Shown here: positions 1 to 7,881 of the stretch, piece by piece
How positions within the stretch are numbered: position 1 is the first letter of the stretch
Layout of the letters: each line of letters opens with the position of its first letter
DNA from: a virus
Lineage: Duplodnaviria; Caudoviricetes
Reading direction: 5' to 3' (one strand)
IMG/VR virus record: IMGVR_UViG_3300003690_002946
Coordinates: 1-57,482 of that record
DNA length: 57,482 bases
Notes under the pieces: generated by a model
Databases searched by the model: none
Told to the model about the DNA's origin: nothing
The model's input: only the letters and a program-made list of their open reading frames with translations
Made by a program: the position numbers and the translations under genes

Positions 1-357
1 AGCCACATCGGAGGCTCTGGTGATGACGGTGAGTTGATCGGTGGTAGCACCGCGTATCTGGGCATGGAGGGCGGGAGCGATACCGCTATCTTGGGGGAGA
101 ACATCGAGTCGTTTCCAGGCATCCGCAGCCACCTGGCGATATTGTTCGACAGCATCGAGGGCAATAGTGGCAAAGGTATCAGCGGCTTGCGTGCGGAGGA
201 GGTCTTTGGCGCGTTTGACATCTTTCCAGGAGGTATGGCGGGACACGCCCATCTGCTCACCAATATCACGATAGGTAGTGCCGTGGAGCCAGAGCACATA
301 GGATTTCTCGATCCGCAGGAGGGTTTCCGCGTTCTCTTGCCACGGGATAGCCTTCAT
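1..357 (-). CDS. HTH protein, terminase-small-subunit-like (partial, runs off left edge)
   Basis: Hand translation MKAIPWQENAETLLRIEKSYVLWLHGTTYRDIGEQMGVSRHTSWKDVKRAK...; open for 119 codons to the edge; HTH pattern G-x-TYRDIG-x-x-MGVS. Confidence 0.6.
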   Translation of the reverse strand, partial: MKAIPWQENAETLLRIEKSYVLWLHGTTYRDIGEQMGVSRHTSWKDVKRAKDLLRTQAADTFATIALDAVEQYRQVAADAWKRLDVLPQDSGIAPALHAQIRGATTDQLTVITRASDVA

Positions 358-364
358 GGTTCTG

Positions 365-373
365 AGTCTACCA
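365..373 (-). promoter_or_regulatory. Extended -10 promoter (TGgTAGACT), probable leaderless transcript
   Basis: Minus strand reads TGGTAGACT-cagaacc-ATG(357); no Shine-Dalgarno. Confidence 0.45.
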
Positions 374-425
374 GAAAAAATAGTAGAACAACAGGAGCCA
401 ACCGAGGGCACTTGTGAGAGTGGAT

Positions 426-453
426 AAGGAGCCGAGGTGTATCTCGGCTCCTT
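426..453 (-). terminator. Hairpin / probable terminator after the C5-methyltransferase unit
   Basis: AAGGAGCCGAG-gtgtat-CTCGGCTCCTT, 11-bp perfect stem; weak U tail. Confidence 0.5.
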
Positions 454-481
454 CATGCGCCGCTGTGGAGGCAGGCGACGC

Positions 482-628
482 TCAGTACGTAGTTAGGAGG
501 GGGCCGATAGAGAGTGTAGCAAAGCGGCTGAGGTCCAGCGTCAGATGCCTGGCGTGGTAAACCCACACATAGTGATCGCCGAGCACCTGCACCGTGGGCC
601 AGCCGCCCGGCCGCGCCTCACCCGCCAT
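482..628 (-). pseudogene. 48-aa stub homologous to the N-terminus of the helicase at 49544
   Basis: GGWPTVQVLGDHYVWVYHARHLTLDLSR vs GGWPQVQKLGDHYVWVYDARHITVDLSR; its start overlaps the end of the MTase gene. Confidence 0.75.
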
Positions 629-1322
629 GACTTGTCTCTGTTGTGGCTTGTCGCACAGCCTTAGCCACAACACACGCCATAAGAAACGGCACTCCATTAC
701 CAATAACTCGCCGCTTGCCATATGCTGTGAATGGCATCTCGTCGGTGAAGGTTTCTGGCAAGCCCTGCAACTCGCACATCCTCTGGATGCTCAAGTGATC
801 CGACGGATGCCGAGCATTGGCCACCTTTTGCCCATGCCCAGCCGTAACAGCCTGGCAGCTACTGTGATGCTCAAACACCGCAACCTCGGGGCACAATCCC
901 ACCCCATCCACTGAGCCAAAGCTGATCCGACGCTTGCGTTTCTGCTCCCCACCCAGCCAGCGGTTGTCCAAGATCAAGTCTTGCACTTGGTACCCCACCA
1001 CCAGCGGCATGGGTGCCTCCAAGACATTCTCCATTAAGAACCAGGCAGGAGTAGCCTCGCCCACTACCCGCGCAAACTGGGTGATGAGACCCTTCGTCTT
1101 CTTGCCAGCCGCTGGTTGGAAGTGACGCAGGGCTGAGAACTCTTGACACGGTGGCCCACCAATCACACCTGCGAATACGCCGCTGGGTGGGTGGAAGGCC
1201 CGAATGTCCCCGCCCCAGAGTACATCAGGACCACGCACGACGCAGTAGCCTTCTTGCTCAAAGCCCATCCCCAGAATGTCTATGCCAGGGAAGATCGAGA
1301 GCACGAGGTTGCTACTCACCAT
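618..1322 (-). CDS. DNA (cytosine-5)-methyltransferase
   Basis: Variant motif I FPGID, catalytic GGPPCQEFS, ENV, QxRxR, ELQGLP and IGNGV motifs. Confidence 0.9.
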   Translation of the reverse strand: MVSSNLVLSIFPGIDILGMGFEQEGYCVVRGPDVLWGGDIRAFHPPSGVFAGVIGGPPCQEFSALRHFQPAAGKKTKGLITQFARVVGEATPAWFLMENVLEAPMPLVVGYQVQDLILDNRWLGGEQKRKRRISFGSVDGVGLCPEVAVFEHHSSCQAVTAGHGQKVANARHPSDHLSIQRMCELQGLPETFTDEMPFTAYGKRRVIGNGVPFLMACVVAKAVRQATTETSHGG

Positions 1323-1424
1323 GAGCCTTCAATTTCCGCGGGGACCGAGGCATGGCTGGCCCAGCCCCCTTGATAGGGAGGTGCCCTGAATAACTCTATC
1401 ATAATATGGTGTGGGGTGCATCGG

Positions 1425-1459
1425 TGTGGTATATTACGAATGTACACCAATGGTGTACA
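1425..1459 (+). promoter_or_regulatory. Extended -10 (TGgTATATT) followed by operator-like palindrome
   Basis: TGTGGTATATT at 1425-1435; perfect TGTACACCA-A-TGGTGTACA at 1441-1459. Confidence 0.55.
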
Positions 1460-1515
1460 AAATAAAAGGGGAGCCGGAGCATGTCCGGCCCCCCCCCCCC
1501 GAAAGAAGATTGCCT

Positions 1516-2100
1516 ATGAAGACTATCACAGTTCAGGCCACCAGTCAACTATGGGATGTGGAGGCAGCAACGGTAGACGAGTGTATCGTGAGAGTGCAGG
1601 AGAGGATGCAAGCGTTCATTGAGTGCGGACAGGCGCTGCGGGCATTGCGGGACCGCAAGCTCTATAAGGAGAAGGGGTATTCCACGTTTGAGGAGCTGTG
1701 TGAGAAGGAGTTTGGCTTTGGGCGTCAGCGTGGCGTACAGCTGATGGAAGCAGCGGCCTATGCGCTGTCTCTCCCTGAGGCTGAACGCCCCAAGACGGAA
1801 CGCGCAGCTCGGACCATACTGCACCCGCCCAAGCCCAAGAAAGAGCCAACTGGACCGCTTGCCCATGCCGCTGATCCGTTTGTTCCCATCGCTGAGGAGG
1901 AAGACCTCACCAACAAGTATCTCGTTCGGTTTGACCGTGCAACGTGGCTGCGGGTAGATGAGATGCTGCATGGCGATGTGGTTAGCAATATCCAGTACAT
2001 TGTCAAGCGCCACCTGGACATGCTCACGCGCAACCAGGCGTTCACCCAGCGGGAGGTATACTCAGTCAGCAAAGAGAAGCAATCAGGAAGGAAACGATAG
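1516..2100 (+). CDS. Phage DNA-binding protein (DUF3102-like N-terminus)
   Basis: FIECGQALRALRDRKLYK..GYSTFEE pattern common in phage regulators; start at ATG 1516 is uncertain. Confidence 0.55.
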   Translation: MKTITVQATSQLWDVEAATVDECIVRVQERMQAFIECGQALRALRDRKLYKEKGYSTFEELCEKEFGFGRQRGVQLMEAAAYALSLPEAERPKTERAARTILHPPKPKKEPTGPLAHAADPFVPIAEEEDLTNKYLVRFDRATWLRVDEMLHGDVVSNIQYIVKRHLDMLTRNQAFTQREVYSVSKEKQSGRKR

Positions 2101-2137
2101 CTGAAATATGTGGCTTGTAACGGTGCCGCGGCCTGTC

Positions 2138-2166
2138 TTGACAGACGTGTGTCCTGCGTATACACT
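2138..2166 (+). promoter_or_regulatory. Sigma70-type promoter at the head of the glycan operon
   Basis: TTGACA-N17-TACACT, 4-7 nt before ATGs at 2171/2174 (leaderless geometry). Confidence 0.75.
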
Positions 2167-2170
2167 AAGG

Positions 2171-2311
2171 ATGATGATGAAGCCAGTAATGGTGCGTATG
2201 CCACAAGAACTCTATGCCGCTATCCGAGTTGTTGCTGCGAAAGCTGGCCTGAGTATGGCAGTCTGGATCAGGCAGGTGCTTCGTGAAGAGATCGAAGAAG
2301 GGAAGCGATGA
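2171..2311 (+). CDS. Ribbon-helix-helix (Arc/CopG-like) regulator
   Basis: KPVMVRMPQELYAAIRVVAAKAGLSMAVWIRQVL is a typical RHH pattern. Confidence 0.8.
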   Translation: MMMKPVMVRMPQELYAAIRVVAAKAGLSMAVWIRQVLREEIEEGKR

Positions 2312-2502
2312 GCAAGGACAAGTCCGAGAGCTGGCTCTTTACTGGAACGCTCACAATCGAGAAGTGGCTGGAGGAATACGATCCCGATGAACAGGTCTGG
2401 GATTGCCACCTTGATGGCGAACCCCTGGGGATGCTGCTTGAGCGTACAGGGCTGGCTAGTGAGAAGGTGGAGATTATAGTTCGGAAACGAGGTAGGGAGT
2501 GA
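2308..2502 (+). CDS. Hypothetical protein
   Basis: ATGA/GTGA coupling on both sides. Confidence 0.65.
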   Translation: MSKDKSESWLFTGTLTIEKWLEEYDPDEQVWDCHLDGEPLGMLLERTGLASEKVEIIVRKRGRE

Positions 2503-4325
2503 AGGTTGCGCTTGGTCCGCTTGGTGCCGAACCGGGTGTGGACTGGCCTGTGTACGATAGTGACCAGATCGAGGGGTACGAGATTACCCCATTTGCTGCA
2601 CCAGGGGGCCAGGATGCCGATATACTCATTTGGTGGTCCCCTGAGTACCATCCCCATGTGCTGGCTAAGACCCACTTCAATGTCGCGGTTCTGGGTGACT
2701 GGCATGTAAATATCCCCAACCTGGCCAGCTTTGACCTGATTTGTGCGGATTGGCACGGTATTCAGAAGCTCCGGACTATGAATTACCCCGATAGCAAGCT
2801 GCTTTGGTGGCGCATGTTCTCGTTTGACCCTCGTATCCACGTCCAGCCCAAGGAGAGCCACCGCACCATTGATATAGCCTTCTGTGGCCGCCCCCAACCC
2901 GGACGCGACAAAACGCTGGAGCAGCTCCAGGAACTTGCCACCAGTCGAGGCTGGACCACGCATATCCAGACTATTCCCTACAAGCGTGGTGAGGAAGTTG
3001 ATATCTACCAGCGTGCCAGGGTGGTCTTCAACCAGTCCATCCGTGGCGAGCTAAACATGCGTCTGTATGAGAGTATGGCCTGTGGCGCGGTGGCCCTGAT
3101 TGAGCAGGATAACGCTGAGGTCTATCGCACGGACTGTCTGGCCATCCCCTGGGCAGCAGAAAGCCTCGAACCATTGCTTGCTCGGCTCCTAGATGCGGAT
3201 GATTGGCGCCAGCGAGTGCAAGCGCAGCAATGGGCCTGGGTGCAACGCAATAGGCCCGTGGACCACCTCCGGTGGCTGCTGGCCCAGATCAAGGAGCAAA
3301 TGAATGGAGGACACGGACCGCATACGAGCCTTGGAGCAGCGGATACAAGCCCTGGAGACACAGAAGGAAAACCATCGGCTCTGTATCATCCAGACGGCCA
3401 AGACACTCCAGGAGCTGGTCATGGTGGTGAACGAGTTTCTGCCCTCAAACGATATCAAGGTGAGCCGGAACTGAAAAATGAGAAAGAAGAAACGGAAACT
3501 CTCCGTCCGCCAGTTCCAGTTGCGTTGGCGAGTCGAGCTCCTGGACTCACTAAGGGACCAGTACATCCATTGCTTGGGCGAGCGCCTAGTAAAGATGGAA
3601 GTGCAAGTCCAGAGCTTAATGAACAGCGCCGCGAAGTAGCTGCCCTAGTCCCAGCCACAGCCGAGACGATCCTTGACCTGGGCTGTGGTAAGGGTGGGCT
3701 GGGCTGGTGGCTCAAGGAGCAGCGCCCCAGTCGCTATATCGTTGGTGTGGATGAAGCTGAGGCTGCGGAAGCCTCGAATTGGCTTGATCTGGCCTATGCC
3801 CATAACCTGGATGGCTCCTGCCAGGATGCTGCCTGGTGGGTGTATGGCATGTATGACTGTATTGTCCTCGCAGACGTGGTAGAGCACCTCAAATACCCCG
3901 ATATACTCATAAAGACCATCCGGCCACTGCTCAAGCCCAATGGCTGCATTGTCTTGAGTATCCCGAATGGCCTCTTGAATGTCGCGGTTCTGATGGACCT
4001 GATTGTGAATGCCGATTTCCCCTATTATCGCCAAGGGATTGATCCTTGCTACGGCCCGCCCTCAAACCTGCGTGCCTATGACCATATCCGCTGGTTTACT
4101 CCCGCTAGTATTGAGCGGCTCTTGCATGATGCGGGGTACAAAGCCGAAGGCGGCTGGCAAACTACGCTAATGGGCGAAACATCTCAGACTATGCAGTTTG
4201 CTGACTATATTGTGAAGTTGCGCGAGAGCTATATGCCGCCAGAAGAGGCTGCGGTGTATCGGAACAATGCCTTTGTGCTGCAATATCTCATTCATGCGAT
4301 GCCAGATTGGAGTATCCCAGGATGA
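2499..4325 (+). CDS. CgeB-like glycosyltransferase fused to class I SAM methyltransferase
   Basis: DIAFCG, ELNMRLYESMACG (Glyco_trans_1_2); ILDLGCGKG, DVVEHL, HIRWFT (methyltransferase). Confidence 0.85.
   Translation: MKVALGPLGAEPGVDWPVYDSDQIEGYEITPFAAPGGQDADILIWWSPEYHPHVLAKTHFNVAVLGDWHVNIPNLASFDLICADWHGIQKLRTMNYPDSKLLWWRMFSFDPRIHVQPKESHRTIDIAFCGRPQPGRDKTLEQLQELATSRGWTTHIQTIPYKRGEEVDIYQRARVVFNQSIRGELNMRLYESMACGAVALIEQDNAEVYRTDCLAIPWAAESLEPLLARLLDADDWRQRVQAQQWAWVQRNRPVDHLRWLLAQIKEQMNGGHGPHTSLGAADTSPGDTEGKPSALYHPDGQDTPGAGHGGERVSALKRYQGEPELKNEKEETETLRPPVPVALASRAPGLTKGPVHPLLGRAPSKDGSASPELNEQRREVAALVPATAETILDLGCGKGGLGWWLKEQRPSRYIVGVDEAEAAEASNWLDLAYAHNLDGSCQDAAWWVYGMYDCIVLADVVEHLKYPDILIKTIRPLLKPNGCIVLSIPNGLLNVAVLMDLIVNADFPYYRQGIDPCYGPPSNLRAYDHIRWFTPASIERLLHDAGYKAEGGWQTTLMGETSQTMQFADYIVKLRESYMPPEEAAVYRNNAFVLQYLIHAMPDWSIPG
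3304..3474 (+). CDS. Nested +1-frame ORF, 56-aa coiled-coil peptide
   Basis: AAGGAG SD at 3291; MEDTDRIRALEQRIQALETQKENHRLCIIQTAKTLQELVMVVNEFLPSNDIKVSRN. Confidence 0.55.
   Translation: MEDTDRIRALEQRIQALETQKENHRLCIIQTAKTLQELVMVVNEFLPSNDIKVSRN
3478..3639 (+). CDS. Nested +1-frame ORF, 53-aa basic helical peptide
   Basis: Starts 3 nt after previous stop; MRKKKRKLSVRQFQLRWRVELLDSLRDQYIHCLGERLVKMEVQVQSLMNSAAK. Confidence 0.5.
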   Translation: MRKKKRKLSVRQFQLRWRVELLDSLRDQYIHCLGERLVKMEVQVQSLMNSAAK

Positions 4326-4396
4326 ACGTCTCGATTATCATTCCAGCCTATAACCATTTTGTAGAGCGGTATCTGGTAAGAGTGACACAGATATGA
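4322..4396 (+). pseudogene. 24-aa remnant of a GT2 glycosyltransferase
   Basis: MNVSIIIPAYNHF...; 29/31 nt identical to 9350-9380; ATGA overlaps at both ends. Confidence 0.75.
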
Positions 4397-5262
4397 AAGT
4401 GGCCATATATTGCTGGCACTCGCCCTATATCGCCCTTTTGAGCCATATTCCCGATATTGAACTCTCTGTCCTGCCCACAGGCCATGCCCCACGAGGTTGG
4501 AGGGATGATCAGCGCGTGCAACCCGCCAATGTGGAGATTGTCCCGCATATCCCCGTGAAGGCCGAGGTGATGATCCTCCAAAACAAGTGGGATTTGGCTC
4601 TATGGGCGGATCAACGTGAGAATTACCGTACCGACCCCAAGCTGGTCTTTCTGGGCCATAATCGGTTCGAGTACGAGGACCAGCCGGACCTGGCCCGTAC
4701 GCTGAACGATGGGGATGTTGGGCTAGTCTGTATCTCTACCATGAAGGCCCTGGATTGGGAGGCAAACGGGTATACCGACCCCATCTGGGTTATCCCCCCT
4801 GGTATTCCCCTGCAAGACGAACCCTGGGTAGGCAATAATGGGATGATCCTTACTGTGGCAAACAATATCCGTCGTCCATTGTTTGCCTTTGATCGCTGGC
4901 TCGATATAACTCGTGGTCTGCCTATAGCTCTGGTTGGCGAAGGGAACGAGAATATCCCAGGAGCGGTTGGTCCCGCTCAGAGCTGGGAAGACCTGAAACA
5001 GTGGTATCAGGAGAGTGCGGTCTACCTGAACCCTACCACAGGCGCCACGGAAGACATCTATAACCTGTCCCTGCTGGAAGCGCAATCGTTTGGCTGCCCA
5101 CGCGCCCAGGTAACAGAGAGCGACCCCAGGATGTGGCTGGAGTGGTGCTTGCAAGGCGGTCCCTGGGCACAGTCTGCTAGTGCGGTAGCTCGAAGCGATG
5201 TGCAACGCGAGTTTCCAATGGTCCACTTCATCCAGCGGTGGCAGGAGGTGTTGCAAGCGTGA
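4393..5262 (+). CDS. GT-B fold (GT4-like) glycosyltransferase
   Basis: VIPPGI, YLNP...LSLLEAQSFGCP, F...WQEVL C-terminus. Confidence 0.8.
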   Translation: MKVAIYCWHSPYIALLSHIPDIELSVLPTGHAPRGWRDDQRVQPANVEIVPHIPVKAEVMILQNKWDLALWADQRENYRTDPKLVFLGHNRFEYEDQPDLARTLNDGDVGLVCISTMKALDWEANGYTDPIWVIPPGIPLQDEPWVGNNGMILTVANNIRRPLFAFDRWLDITRGLPIALVGEGNENIPGAVGPAQSWEDLKQWYQESAVYLNPTTGATEDIYNLSLLEAQSFGCPRAQVTESDPRMWLEWCLQGGPWAQSASAVARSDVQREFPMVHFIQRWQEVLQA

Positions 5263-6737
5263 ACGCAGTTTGCCTGATTATCCCACCATCGCCATTCCTG
5301 GCTGATGAACGGGTGTTTCCATCGCTAGGCATCCTGAAGGTTGCTGCCGTGCTGGATCGGGCTAAAATCCCCGTCTCTGTGCTTGATACCTCAGGCTATG
5401 CCAACCCAACCTTGCTGGTCGAACGCTTTGTCACCGACCACCCCGAAGTGTCCTGGTATGGCCTCACAGCCACCACGCCACAGTTTCCTAGCGCCGTGAG
5501 CATCCGCAACACAATCAAGGATGTGAACGCGCAAGCCACCATTGCCCTGGGTGGCCCCCATGCCACCATGACCTGTACCGGATGGAAAGAGGATCGCAAA
5601 CGCAACCGGATTGGCCGGGGCTGGGTGGCGTTTGAGCAGGCACAAGCCCTCTTTGACACGGTTGTCTCAGGCGATGGCGAGGAAGCGGTGTTTCCAGCTC
5701 TGGATGGGCAACCACTGGTTGATGCCGACGAGATGCGCTCTGGCCTGTTCCTGAAAACGGGTGAGCTTGAGGACTACCCCCTGCCCATGCGCTCGATGAT
5801 TGACCTGGAAAGCTATCACTACGAGATTGATGGCCTGCCCGCAACCAGTTTGATTGGGCAACTGGGCTGCCCCTATCTGTGTGCGTTCTGTGGTGGGAGG
5901 CAAAGTGCATCATTCCGCTTTATTCGCACTCGAAAGGCTGCTCATGTCGCTGCTGAGGTGGAACACCTGTTCGAGAGCTATGGCTATCGCGGTTTTATGT
6001 TCTATGATGATGAACTTAATGTCACGCCAACCGGACTGGAAGACCTATGTGTGGCCCTCCGTGAGGTCCAGGATCGTCTCGGTGTCGAGATGCGGTTCCG
6101 AGGCTTCTTGAAGGCTGAACGGTTCAACGAGGCACAAGCCAAAGCCATGTATACGGCTGGGTTTCGCATTGTCCTGAGTGGTGTGGAGAGCGGATCGGAC
6201 CAGATGTTGACTGTGATCCAGAAACGGACTACGGCAGAGATCAATGCTCGCTGTGTGCGCCTCGCCCATGATGCAGGATTGCAGTTCAAGGCACTCATGT
6301 CCCTGGGCCATGCGGGAGAGAGCCAGAAGACCGTCGAGGAGAGCATTGCCTGGGTCTTGAGAGAACAACCCGATGATGTGGATTGGACCGTGATAACGCA
6401 GTATCCGGGCAGCCCCTACTTTGACCAGTCCGAGCCACTGGAAGGACAACACGGGAGCTGGGTGTATCGAGCCAAGGGTGGGGAGAAGCTGTATTCCCGC
6501 GAACTGGACTATGCCAAGGATGCCGAGTTCTATAAGGGTGTGGCAGGCAGCTACGTGAGCTATGTCTGGACGGACCATCTGTCGGCTGAAGACCTGGTGC
6601 GGGTACGCGATGATGCCGAGCGGATCACTCGTCGAGCACTCGGTCTGTCCCCAGTGTTGGCCATCCAAGCCGAGCAAGTGGAGCACTCAATGGGCCAGTT
6701 GCCACCAAATGTCCTGAAGGATAGCTGGAAAACATAA
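5259..6737 (+). CDS. B12-binding radical SAM protein (class B methylase-like)
   Basis: PSLGIL, LGGPHAT, GDGE, CPYLCAFC cluster motif, GVESGS; AGGAGG SD before GTG 5259. Confidence 0.9.
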   Translation: MNAVCLIIPPSPFLADERVFPSLGILKVAAVLDRAKIPVSVLDTSGYANPTLLVERFVTDHPEVSWYGLTATTPQFPSAVSIRNTIKDVNAQATIALGGPHATMTCTGWKEDRKRNRIGRGWVAFEQAQALFDTVVSGDGEEAVFPALDGQPLVDADEMRSGLFLKTGELEDYPLPMRSMIDLESYHYEIDGLPATSLIGQLGCPYLCAFCGGRQSASFRFIRTRKAAHVAAEVEHLFESYGYRGFMFYDDELNVTPTGLEDLCVALREVQDRLGVEMRFRGFLKAERFNEAQAKAMYTAGFRIVLSGVESGSDQMLTVIQKRTTAEINARCVRLAHDAGLQFKALMSLGHAGESQKTVEESIAWVLREQPDDVDWTVITQYPGSPYFDQSEPLEGQHGSWVYRAKGGEKLYSRELDYAKDAEFYKGVAGSYVSYVWTDHLSAEDLVRVRDDAERITRRALGLSPVLAIQAEQVEHSMGQLPPNVLKDSWKT

Positions 6738-6943
6738 TGTGGGTGAGTGTGAACAACGTGTACATAAACCTGGAGGCGGTCAACCACGTTCTTGTGCTGG
6801 AAGACACCATAACCGTGTACATGCGAGACGGGCAGGGGGTGAAGGAGCTAGTATTCAATAAAGATATGGCTGAGGTACAGGACTTGCTTGATGTACTTAG
6901 CGATCTTCACCGAATGGCTATTGAGGCTACATTGCCAGCATGA
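6737..6943 (+). CDS. Hypothetical protein
   Basis: Coupled at both ends; YINLEAV pattern of small phage beta proteins. Confidence 0.65.
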   Translation: MWVSVNNVYINLEAVNHVLVLEDTITVYMRDGQGVKELVFNKDMAEVQDLLDVLSDLHRMAIEATLPA

Positions 6944-7881
6944 AAGTGCTCATATTGACCAATACGCATGGCTTGAGCACGGGCGCCCAATACGTCAAGG
7001 CATTTCGTGCCATTGACTGCGATGTGGTCACGGTGGGTGCCCCCTTCCAGGATGGGGCCTACTGGCGTGATGCGCTGATGCAGATGCGTTGGCCACCAAC
7101 CGAGGCCGAGGCGGACCGCTATATCGAGCTGGTCCAGGATATGAGCATCCAGCCGGACCTGATAACCGACAAGGGTGCGGGTATAGGCGGGGCGCTGGTG
7201 GACTTTGACCTGGTGTTGCGGTTCGATGCCTATGGCGATACGCCTGTACTGGATGGCCCCCGGCCAAAGATGCCTACGGCAGTGATCTACTCTGACCCCC
7301 ATACGGGTAACCTGCGGGCAAAGCTCGACGAGGCACGGGGCTATGATCATGTATTCGTGTTCCACAAGCCCTTCCTGCAACCATTCACCGATGCGGGCTG
7401 CCAGTCGGTCCATTGGCTGCCTGCTGCTGCTGATCCCGACATCTGGCGCTACCTGCCCGATACGATCAAGGAGTACGATGTGCTCTTTGTGGGTGCAACC
7501 GACCCCAACGTGCACAAGCAGCGGGTAAAGATGCTGGAGCATCTTGGAGACGATGTGACCGTGAAGCACGCCTTTGGCCCTGATGCAGCCACGCTGTTCA
7601 ATCAGGCATGGGTGGTGGTCAATCAGAGCCTGGCAGGTGATCTGAACATGCGCGTGCCTGAGGCTCTGAGTTGTGGTGCAACCCTGCTCACCGACCACGT
7701 GGAGGGCTTAGGAGAGGCCTTCCCAGTTCATGTTGACCCATACAGCAAGATGGAGTACCTGGCCCAGCGGATACGCACCGTTACACCGTCGAGTGGCGCT
7801 GTGTGCCAGCAGTGGATACGGGAGCACCACACCTATGAGCACCGTGCCAGCCAGATATTGGAGACAGTCTTTGGGAGATAG
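6940..7881 (+). CDS. CgeB-family glycosyltransferase (Glyco_trans_1_2)
   Basis: WLPAAADP, YDVLFVG, DLNMRVPEALSCG, EHHTYEHRA. Confidence 0.88.
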   Translation: MKVLILTNTHGLSTGAQYVKAFRAIDCDVVTVGAPFQDGAYWRDALMQMRWPPTEAEADRYIELVQDMSIQPDLITDKGAGIGGALVDFDLVLRFDAYGDTPVLDGPRPKMPTAVIYSDPHTGNLRAKLDEARGYDHVFVFHKPFLQPFTDAGCQSVHWLPAAADPDIWRYLPDTIKEYDVLFVGATDPNVHKQRVKMLEHLGDDVTVKHAFGPDAATLFNQAWVVVNQSLAGDLNMRVPEALSCGATLLTDHVEGLGEAFPVHVDPYSKMEYLAQRIRTVTPSSGAVCQQWIREHHTYEHRASQILETVFGR

